Shown here: piece by piece, positions 1 to 10,183 of the stretch | Layout: every line of letters begins with the position of its first letter | Position numbering within the stretch: the first letter of the stretch is position 1 | NCBI GenBank assembly: GCA_000708835.1 | Contig: DF236963.1 | Location: 310,001 to 374,000, forward strand | DNA: 64,000 bases | DNA from: Klebsormidium nitens | Lineage: Eukaryota > Plantae > Klebsormidiophyceae | Reading direction: 5' to 3' | Program-made: the position numbers and the translations under genes | Notes under the pieces: generated by a model | What the model saw: only the letters and a program-made list of their open reading frames with translations | Told to the model about the DNA's origin: nothing | Database searches by the model: none

Positions 1-3000
1 AGCTTCAACATAGCAGTGAAATCATGGAAAGACAAAGCGCTAACAGCGGGAGGGGGAAGCAAAAACCTGGTGGAATCGAGGAGGGATCTCCCCTGCCTCG
101 TTTGCAGAAAGTTTTCCAACACCGTGCAAGTCTACCAGGACTTCCGGGCCTTACTGCAACACGCTGAGACGCACAGAAAGTTGGAGCCATTCCAACACGC
201 TGCTTACAGTGCGGCGCTGAGGCAGATCGAATCAGAAGCGGAAGGGAATGGGAACGAGTTGGTCCCGGCGAAGAAGAAACTGAAGGTGCTGGAACCCCCT
301 GAAAAGGTCTGGCCGCCAGTTGTTGTGGTAGAGAATCTGAGGACGGGGACTAAAGGGGGAAAGTGGGACGGGGTATCCGAACGGGAGATTAAGAAGGCGT
401 TTGGAGACCAGGGGCCAATTCGAAAAGTGACGGAAAAGTGGAGGGGCGATGGGCACACAGGTGCGTTTAAGTTACTTTCTCAGGTTTGATTGTTTGTTTG
501 TTCTTTGCTGTGCGTTTTTTCTTGCAGTTGATCCGATTATTCGTTTGTTCTTTGCTGTCCGTTCTTTTCTACGATCGATCCATCTCCTTGGCAGTCTGAA
601 AAGTCCCTTGTAAACTTCCGTGCAGCTGAAAAGACGTGTTTGGTCACGGCCTGATTTGTAGCTAAAGCAGACGTCCGTTCTTGGATTGACAGACGCTATA
701 CTATACCAAAGTTTCACCAGGACCAGATTCTAAATATCGCTCCTGCAGGAGTGGTTCTTCTCCACTTCGAGTAAACGCGTGATGTTTATGACCAAGCTCA
801 CGATTGAGAACCATTTTTTCACAAACTGACGAACATTTTCGACTTTCAACTTCACCAAGACCGAGTCCTAACTCTCAATCTCGAGTCCTCCCCAGGCGTA
901 CTTCTTCCCACTTCGAGGATGATTGTTACAGGCACCACAGAGCTACAACCGTTCGTCCTCAGATTCACAGGCGCTACCAGTTTCTTAAGTCACCAGACTG
1001 ACATGACCCTTAGTTCGTATCTTCTTGCAGGCGTGGGTCTCCTCCACCTCGACAGGATCTATTACGCTTACGACCGAGCTTTGTCAAACTGGATATAGTT
1101 CTTCGAGTTCTATGTCTGCCGAAACCGCATGTTGACTCGCATCTCCTCTTCAGGCGTGATTTTTCTTCGATTCGATCTGACCTGTTACATTTACACCGTT
1201 CATGGCTAAGTAGCCTCTTTCCATTTCCAACTAATGGATGGTCTACCCTTTTAGACCTGGATATCGAGCGCCTAGACACCTATCAATCGATACAGGTTCA
1301 CCAAGATTCGTCTCTCACCCTCGGTCTCAATCCCTTCCCCAGGCATGGTTCTTCTTCACTTCGAGGAGACCTGTTACGGTTACAACCGAGCTCATAACTG
1401 TGTAGCCATGTTTTTGAACTTCGACAAACGCCACACCATTCTGAAAATCCGCCAAGACTAAACCCGGAGTCTGAAGTTATAACGCTACTACAGGCGTGGT
1501 TCTTCTTCACTTCGAGGAGACCTGTTACGGTTACGATCGAGCGCAGGAGATGGGCGAATGCTGGCGCGCGAAAGGGCAGGGGCGCGACGACTGGGAGAAG
1601 CTTCGACCTCCTCGGAAAAGATACGGCGAGTCGGTCGAATCGGAGCATGCCACGTGGCAACGATACATGCGAAGACTGGTGGAGGAGGACGGGAGCCGGC
1701 GGCTGTTCTGTTACCTTGCGACGGTGGCAGATATGGAGCGCTTTGAAGGGTGAGCAGTTGGACCTTCTTTTCATGTTTGATTTTGGAGCTTTTTCTTTCG
1801 AGAGATAGTGACTTTCCGATGTGCCAAGAACGGAGACTTCAAAAGCTCAGGTTTTGAGGGGTTTGTTATCGAGGGTCGTGTTCTGTGTTTTAATGATGTA
1901 GATAAGGGAAGCCAGAACGTGCCACATGCACTTCCGGCGAAAGAAGGTGATAGTGCCGACTGGATTTCGCTGACCCAAACGTGCTCTACTCGGCATGCCC
2001 AACTGGCTGAGAACGAAAGATCAGACTCTAAGTCGCTGAGGGAGATTATACGAAGTTCAAACAGCAAGTGTCTTTGACCACGGCCGACTAGTCGAACGTA
2101 AGAGAAACGTAAAAGCAGCACCAGCAATGAGCAGGTTCCGACGTTCTGAGACTTGAATCTGAGGTCTCGAGCAAACTCAAACGATTTCCCACTTCTCTTT
2201 GGATCCCTAGGAACCTTTTTGACATTTTGGGCACCTCTAATTCCCCGATGTCTTGATAGTTTCACTATCTTCTGAACGCGAGACGCCGTGCGTTTGTGGA
2301 AGGCCTTGGCTTTCACGTGTGCCCACTTTTTAGGATTTTAGGGTTTTAGGGAAACCCTAAAACCTTAAGAACCCTGAACCAAAACAGTCTTCTGTCCGGA
2401 ATGCGCAGGAAGGAGAAGGGGAAAAGGTGGCAGCCCATCTCCGGCGAGGAACTAGAGGCGCGGCGAAAACGGGAGAAGAGCGCCGTACTGGAGGGCAATT
2501 TGGAGCACGCCAAGACGCGGCTGGCGAATCAAGAGCTGAAGCAGCGGAACGCGGAACTGACCAGCGCGATGCAGGAGAAGGAGGTGGAGCTGCAGGCGGT
2601 GCGCATGGAGCGCGCACACCTCAACGAGCAGCACGAGCAATGGGTGAGTCCATGCATCATCGAGTTTCAGCATATTAGCGTCCACGTTTGTGTAGTCAGG
2701 GGAGTTGGCAACGTTTGTACGTACGCTGCATTCCTTGCCAGTCCGAGAATCCAGTTTCGGATCTGCGTGAACTACCCTCACCGAAAGCAGGAGCGCGCCT
2801 CGTCCAAGCAACGGAGACAACCCCTCTTCCCAATCCTCGCGCTGCAATGTTTGACATCCGCTTTTCCAAGATCCAGGATTCTACTACGTCTGGTTGTGCA
2901 GGTGCGCGAGCGGCTGGCGCGCAGCGAGCAAGTGCACTTGGAGGAAAAGCGCGCGGCGCAAAAGCGGGCCGACGAAGAGAAAGCGGCGCTTGAGGCACGA

Positions 3001-5354
3001 CTCGAGGAGATGCACCGGGCCAGAAGGGAGGACCACAAAGCGATGGCGGAGCTGAAAAGTGGAGCTGAATCGTGAGACCCTTCACTGTTTGGTTGTTTAT
3101 CCTTTTTTCAATCATGTTGGGGTCTCGATCTTCGTTGACTTGGAAGTTCTGGGGCAATCTTGAGGCGCACCGATTCAGAAGGGAGATCCGCAAAGCAACA
3201 GTGGCATGATTTGAAACACAAAGAGTAAAACAGTGTCAATTCTCAGTTTGTCTGACGAGTCGCATGCATCCTCGATCGAGCATATAAAGAGGGCACGGAG
3301 GGGAGAGCAAAGCGACGGAGGTCCGGGTGGGCTTGCAATGTCTACATGCTTGACAAAGTTTGCAGATTAGCAACGTGTTGAGCTTTCTCCTCTTGTCCCT
3401 TTAAGTCAAGGGTCTGGTGACGATTCCTCTTTCAAATTTTGTTTTCATTCTGCTAATTGGGAAGCTCAGTATCACTTTTAAGGCGCCAGATGTGCACGTC
3501 CCCGGGCCTCGAACCACTTGACGCAGAAAGGAGCAGGTTCCTCGTGACCAAGCAAAGCTACAGGAACCAACCCACGAATCCCGAATCTCAAAACTTCAAA
3601 AGTCCCTTTGAGCAGGCGCGAGCGACAGCTGCCATACGAACGTGAGACGGGTCTTACAGCGATGGAACGAAGATGAAAAGGTTTCTCTAAATAGGCACCG
3701 TGAAAGAACAAACTTGAAAATTGTAGTTATCGGGCCCTGTTACCTCATCATACTTTCGTGTAGCCTTGAGCACAGCTGTTAGGCGGATTTGAGACGGGAC
3801 TCAAAGCGATGGAATGGAAAAGAGAAGGTGCCTCTAAGAACTTCCTCTAAGAAGCATGGTTACGATTGAACCTTTTTTTTTTTGAGGTCCTGGAAACGGA
3901 TTTGGTCTTCCAAAATGAGGACTTCCTCAGCGTATGCTTGCGTACCCGCAAGCGCCAGCTGCGACACGTGTTTGACAAAGCTATAAAAATGGGACAGAGA
4001 AAGTTCCTGTGAATAAGCATGGCTAATAACAAAACGCAGTTTTGAAAATTTGCACGCCTAATTTTCAATGTATCCTTACGCAGCCGGGAACGTCAGCTGC
4101 GGCACGTGTTTGAGACGGGGCTCAAAGCGATCGACGCGGAGTACAACGACAAGGAGAAGGTGCTCGTGACGCGCACCGAGGAGCATCTGCGGCAGGAGCG
4201 CGAGCGGCTGCAGGCGTGAGTGGTGCTGACGTCATCGTTGAAAGCTGTCTGACGTCACTTCGAAAAGCGTGGTAAAACTTCCGAGTGGATGTGCAGTTGC
4301 AAGTGGAAACGAGCCAGAAGTCGAAAGGGGAAGTCAGCTGGACCCGCCACGCTGACGTCAGCAAGCCTTCAGGAGTGGGCCTCTTTTGATCTCGGTTCTC
4401 GATTCGATCTTGTTTGTTGAGTAGCACGGCGGAAGGAGAAGGTGCAGGTGTGAATGACGTTGACGTGCGACGTCTTTCAGGTTCGTTGCTGATGTCAGCA
4501 AGCCTTCTGGGGCCTACTGGGGCCCAACCCCTGCAAGGTCTGCTTCTCGTTCTGCGTCCAGAACAGCGGGAGTTAATGAAGGAGGTTGAGCCCCCTGCTT
4601 CTTTCCCTGCATTTCCTCCTTTATTTTCCAATTATTCTCAGCACTTTCTCCTGATGATTCTAGTCACAGCTAATCCCCACTTTTGCTGTCTTCGCAGGGA
4701 GAAGGAGGCTGCGACCCGTAACCTGCTCGCAGAACAGCGGGAGAAGATGGAGGAGATTGAGCGCGAGCGCGCGCGCGCACAAGAGATGATGGAGGAGGCC
4801 AAGAAGCTGTACGACGCGCAGAAGATGCGGGAGAAGGACGGGCAGGAAGAGGTGATTCCCCACTTTGAGGACTCAAGTTGTTTGCATTTTTGACAAAAGA
4901 AGAGAGAAGCGCGGGAAAGTGAGGCGCATTTCATTCGGGAAGGTCGAGAGTGGGAGGGCAGATGGAGCCGAGAATTGCAAGGAGTCGCCGTCGAGGCTTT
5001 TAGAGCCCCTGAAGGTTCGCATGCATATCAGCCTTCCGCTTTTATACGCTACTGAAAGGAAGAAGATAGGATAATGAGGGAAGGCAGGAGGAGGGGAATG
5101 ACAAATTGTTAGGATCTGATTCCGGTACGACCTGTCCTGATCCGGGCTCGCTTTTGCAGGTCGACGAGCGGAATGAGTGCGGCATATGCCTAGAAGACTT
5201 CGGTGACGAGCTAAAGCGGGCGGTCATGGCGTGCGGCCACGCAAAGTATTGCAAGGCCTGCTCGGAGGCTTACTTGAAGCTTCAGAAGCCGCCGTACAAG
5301 TGCCCAGTGGGGCATAAGCTGCGCAACAAGATGGCGCTGGAACTCTGTCTGTGA
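1..5354 (+). CDS. SGS3-like protein: zf-XS + XS + coiled coil + C-terminal RING finger (5'-partial, 7 exons in window)
   Basis: Exons <1-460, 1494-1749, 2409-2643, 2902-3071, 4084-4215, 4698-4851, 5160-5354; all introns GT-AG and phase-compatible (G|GC, GG|G, phase 0, TC|C, GC|G, phase 0). Motifs: CLVC...LLQHAETH (zf-XS), VWPPVVVVENL...GHTG|VVLLHFEETCYGYDRA...RRLFCYLAT..D...F (XS, as in plant SGS3), long E/K/R/Q heptad region, CGIC..CGH..CKAC..CPVGH (RING). Frame 1 is open from base 1, so the start lies upstream. Confidence 0.8.
715..1545 (+). repeat. Tandem degenerate copies of acceptor + first ~50 nt of XS exon 2 (junction-echo array)
   Basis: AG|G[CA]...CTTC..CACTTCGAG...TGTTAC...GAGCT units start at 749, 896, 1031, 1154 and 1343, with the real exon at 1494; the 1343 copy matches the real exon at 40/41 nt. 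Confidence 0.9.
2327..2380. repeat. Short inverted interstitial telomere-like repeat (TTTTAGGG / CCCTAAAA)
   Basis: tttttagga-ttttaggg-ttttaggg-aaa-ccctaaaa-ccttaaga-accctgaa, inside intron 2 of the SGS3-like gene. Confidence 0.6.
3613..4135 (+). repeat. Junction-echo array of the acceptor/start of exon 4084
   Basis: Core CAGCTG...GAGACGGG..T.A.AGCGAT.GA (CAGCT at 3626, 3773, 3956 and 4094 in the real exon). Confidence 0.85.
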
Positions 5355-6221
5355 TAGAGTCGTTTGAAGGTCACGGCGAGGTTCAGCCGCCAGCTCCATC
5401 GGTCGCGCGAGGAGTTTTATACTCGTAGATCGAGATGGTGCGTTGTACTGTTGCTGAAGCAGATCGTCCTGCAGCACATTCGGAACAGATCGCAAAGAGT
5501 GCGCCCTACTGCCCCAAATCGCCAACGAGTCGATCTCACAATTGTGTTCGTCAAAAAGGTTTTCTGTAGTAAGGGCCCATGCTGTACCGTACAGAGCATG
5601 TTGTAAACAAAGTCATGCACTGAGTAGTTTCAAGTCGTAGATGTCAATTGCCTACCGGCACTACATATCGCTCCTGCATCCCAGTTCTCCCCGTTGGTGT
5701 TTTGCCTGGGTATATCTTGTCAATTTTATTGAACATGTGTATACCATGTTCGCATATATCATTGCAGTTCAATTTGATGACTGGTCACTGCGCCGATCAC
5801 TTACTAACGTCTCAGTACGTCTACATATTCTTAATGCAGATGATGTCGGAATGATCGACTCGATCTTGGATCGGCTTGAATGCATGCACTTGAGCTATGT
5901 TGCGCATGCACGCGATCCGCAGTACCATCATTGCATGCATGACAAGGATCATTATCTCCGGATCTGTGGGCGGCTGCACTTTTGCAAGAACGGACTCATG
6001 TCATTTGGAGATTCAAAGATCGTGTACGTTTCATCCGCTGCAGTGCATCAAAGGTAGACCGGATATATCACAATCGACTGATGAAAATACTTCATGCACC
6101 TCAGTGACCGATCATGGCTTCATTTCCAATGAGCCTGGTCTGACTGCCACGAATGAATGAGTGATCAGACGCGACAGTGCTAAGCATGGCGGCAAAGTCA
6201 CACGTCTTCAATACCGGATAG

Positions 6222-9200
6222 CTATTCCCTGAAGTCCAAGATAGCCCGCAGCTTTTCCACGTGCGCCGCGCGCGTGCCGAACGCCGGGCTGCCAGCTGGC
6301 AGCCAGTCCCTGTCATCCAGCACCGGTCCGCTTCCCGGCCGGAACACCAGCATCTCCCCCGCGAACTCCTCCGTGATGACGTGTAACGACACCCGGATGA
6401 CATCACCCAGAGCGAGCGCCGCGCTGGGGGCGTACGCCACCCGGCTGAAGCTGGCTCCCGGATTGACCAGGGGGCGCAGAAACCCGGAAATGAACCCCCC
6501 ATTTCGGGTGAAGAAGAGCCCGGCCTTTTGGACGGTCTCGATCGCGAGGAGGGCGGAGAGGAGCGTGGAGACGACACGTGGATTGGATGACGTCAGTTGG
6601 GCGACGCCGAAGGAGTCTTCCTTGCGGGAAGCGGCGGTGAGGGAGGAGGCGGCACGCGCGCCCCAGGCGCAGATCTGTGCATAGCGGAGAGATCCGTTCG
6701 GATTAGATTCGTTGACGTTTCACTTGACTGCCCGGCCCCTTTGCGAAACGGGACCCAACAAGCTGGTGCCAAATTCTTTGAGCGACCCGGTAGGAGCCGC
6801 TGTTTCCAGGACGGTGCAACTTCCGGTTTCGCCGAACAGTAACTTGCGGGCCAAAACAAAGCCGCCCGGAACAGTTTTCAAGGAAGGAGGAGTACATCAT
6901 TTTCGCAGCGAAGCTTTTGCAATCATACTTGCACGTCACCTGAGAGGGTTGTCTACAACAGCCTCTTCGCCCGCAGCACTTGTCACGTACGCCGTCGCAG
7001 AGCATTCGTGGTCTAATAAAGCCTAGGTGTGTTGGCCTTGGCTCTTACGCTCGACGCTTCAAGGCTTGTCGCCCTCAGCAAAGAACTGGCCGAAAAGCAG
7101 AAGCGTGAAAGTCACTGACCTGGAGGTCTCGGAGGATTTCTTCCGGGTCTCCCCCCCTTCTTTTCGTTTCCCTGGCTGCTGCCCCCATCTGCAGCTGAAA
7201 CTCCCCCGGCCTAGTTCCCGACCCCCCTCGCCCGTTGCCCCCACCCACCGCCAATTTCGCTCCTTCTATTACCCCCTCCACAGGCTCCAGACACAAGTCA
7301 ATCACTTTCTTATAGCTCGTCCCCGTCTCATCTCGGAAGAACGCAGCGCGGCGCCACTTGTCGACGCTCCGTTCGGCCACGTAGCACAGGTCGAGGAACG
7401 CCAGGTGGCGCGCGAGGGGTTTGGGGTTTCGGAGAGCGGTCAGGAGGGCGTCGGCGGGGGCGGTCTCAGTAGAAATGGTGCCCGGTGGGGGAGTAAAGTA
7501 GTGACGCTCAGTGAGGATAATCTGACAGAGGGGGAAACAGAAATGAATGCAGGTAGGGGGGGGCTTAGGCATTGAAGGGGGGCCCAATCACCACTTGGTG
7601 AGTCTGATCTGAGGGGGGGAGAACGGACAAAAAGAGAAGCGAACGCAGCTGAGGCGGCCTTCGGATCAAACCGGGGCCCGTCTGCTGGGGCCGAAGTGGA
7701 GCATTTTCGCTCCCGTGCAAAGTTGCGGACGGAGCAGAGCTAGGTCCCGTTCCATGACCGGATTTGGGAAACATATTAATGGACTCTGCAGAACTTGCTT
7801 CGAGATTATGAAGACAGCCTCCGTACAGCTCGCACGACCTCGAAGCTCCGTTCTTGTGCGGCATTCTAGTCCCAAGCGAGGTACTCTGCTGCTGCCCAGT
7901 TTCAATCTCGGCTTGGGGCCTATGTGCCTGTGAGGGGTTGTACAAATTGGTGTCAACGTGCCTGCTGCTATGTGCCACTCAGACTCTGTCCACCATCTGC
8001 CGTTCCTCGGAAGAGCAACGCTTGTCTGCGATCTTGACGCTTACCTCCGAAAATCGTCTCATCAGGACCAGCCTTGCAGGGACGCGAAACCTCCAGTTTG
8101 AGTTGATGCACCCCACCGAAACTCAACTTCTTGCCCGAGCTTAGTCAAATCCGAATTCGAGCAGAGAAGTAGCTAAGGGTTAGTATAACCGAAGAAGCTC
8201 CCTCACCCTTGCGACGCTGCGCCCCAGTTCCCAGCAGAACGCCGTCAGCGTCCCGACCATAGCCGAGAGAAGCGCCCGTTCCAGGAAAGAACCAATCCTA
8301 GCTGCTGATGACGGGTGGACGCGGTTCAGCAGCTCCCAAAAAATGAGCGCAGCTGTAGTGACGGAGAGGGAGAGGGACGCGGCGGGCCGGAGAGCGAGCT
8401 TCAGACGCTGGTACCAGGGACGCTGAGAGAACGAGGGGAGTCAGAGTTTTATACCACACAAGAAAGAGACACGTTTTCCAGTGGGTTCTGCGGTAGTATA
8501 ATATGCGCGTGTTGTATGTTCTTCTCAACCTGCTGATGTGCTTGCCTGGAGAAAGAATGTGATCACTGAGAAGGATTGTGGCTGCCCGCATGAGAAAGAC
8601 TATGTTGGGTTCGTGTAAATAATTCCAACCGAGCTGGCCTTTGGGGTCATGGCCGGGGCTAAGACGGAGAACTTTCAGCCAAATATTCGGAAATCGCTGC
8701 ACAAGTGACAGCAGATTATGGTTCGACTGCCTGTTGGCCTACATCTCTGTAAGGGTCCACATTCGACTTCTTCGTGAATAGTACAGCATAAAGCACCGAA
8801 CTTCCTTCCATACCATCCCAGTCAAAACAGGACGTTAGCCCATAGAGAAAGTAATGCAGTGATGCAACCCGACTACAATGGGAAACATCCTGCACCAGAC
8901 CTGACTAACGTATTAGTTGTAGCGTCACAATTCTCCTCAAAGAACAATTGAAACACCAAACCTCCATCTGCTCAAAGCAAGTTTTTCCTCACCTGAATTG
9001 GAGGGAAGCGAAGCACATAGTGCTGTGAGAGGAGGACCTGTGCCGCATACAGCAGGCCTAGACCGGCGCCAAACTGTATTGCCCATCGGACATCAGTTTG
9101 CGACGCCCCCAGTCTGAGAAGACCGACCCCCAGCACACTTAGTGCGCCGCTCGCCGCCACCAGAAGAAGGAACACAGTCCGCCTAGCTGAGATGGCGAGC

Positions 9201-9565
9201 TTTCTCCATCCCCCGTCTAGTTGCTTCACCTTTTCTTTTGGCGCCCCCAGGATTACGCTCAGCGAAGATGAGGTCAGCAGCTGTAAAAGCTCCTGGGCTT
9301 CAATCCCTGGCGAGTGCTCCGGCTCGGCGACTGTGCGGAACGATGCTAGAAACAGCAGCTGAGCAACTAGAAAGAGGGAGAATCCTGCCCAGAAGGAAGC
9401 GGAGAGTGGCGCGAGGAGGGCGGACCAAAGGCCGGACTTCAAGCAGGCGGGCAGGCACCATGTAACTAGCGCGAGAGAGGAGAAAAGGGCATGGAGCGCT
9501 CCAATGCGAAGCCAGCGGCGAATCTCCACGTCAGAAAGAGCGCCACTGGGCACCAGCGCTGACAT
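6222..9565 (-). CDS. NDC1: Nucleoporin NDC1 (transmembrane nuclear pore protein), 4 exons
   Basis: Exons 9565-8993, 8422-8207, 7521-7120, 6674-6222, all phase 0. Hydrophobic N-terminal helices, LRFPPIQ|RPW, FCWEL...ILTERHYF, LAFLDL..VAE....WRRAAFF.DETG, ICAWGAR..SSLTAASRKEDSFGVAQL, and C-terminal DWLP...FGT...KLR..LDFR match recalled plant NDC1 motifs. Confidence 0.9.
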
Positions 9566-10183
9566 GGCGGCACTCTGTTGCCAAAGACCACTGCCGCTCA
9601 ATTGCCTATAATTGCAACATTGTGGACAATGGGTGCTGAATTCAGCACAATGGCCACTTAATTACATATCTCCGTATCACCACATGCGCAGGCCTCTTTG
9701 TCCTAACTCCTACTCGAACAGTCGGATTCATCCGAAACCCATGCCCAAGAGGGACGCCATTGTGCAATGTAGGCGCTCCCCCCCCTTGCGAAGTGTCTTG
9801 GCTGAAACCCCGCTGTGTTGTTGCTGCATGTGGGTTTTGTCGTTGGCAGCTTGCCAAATTCTATGTGGATCCAGCATTACCAACCTGACACTTATACGAC
9901 ATATTCAATATTCATTTAGCCCACTTGAGGCAATTGGCAGTGTCAAAACGGTAAAGATTCCTGCAAAATTTCGATGCCACTGCCACATAATGATAGAGCG
10001 GGTGATCATCCGACAATCTGGAACACTGATGCTCTTGATGGGCCTGTCACACTGTCTCTAGCTCATCAAAAGCAGGAGTCAGGACGCCTTGCGATTTCTG
10101 GGCGTCTGAGCACTTTCACAATTTGGTAAACTGCCAAGACATTTGTTGATCAATTTGTGCCCTTCGACACAAGAGCGCTCACA

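Noticed and set aside
715-1545. Regular repeats as a CRISPR array or mutually exclusive exon cluster
   Set aside because: The context is eukaryotic, the units are degenerate, and they copy only the exon start without their own donors, so they are neither CRISPR nor complete cassette exons.
1750-4220. Stop codons immediately after several exon ends (1751, 3073, 4217) suggesting programmed short isoforms
   Set aside because: This follows automatically from phase-2 introns with the GTGAG donor consensus.
5641-6057. 138-aa ORF in AT-richer intergenic DNA
   Set aside because: No recognisable motif, lacks the GC3 bias of real exons here, and has no splice links.
8298-8702. 134-aa ORF inside NDC1 taken as an exon
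   Set aside because: The NDC1-matching exon is 8422-8207 in another frame; this ORF is mostly intronic.
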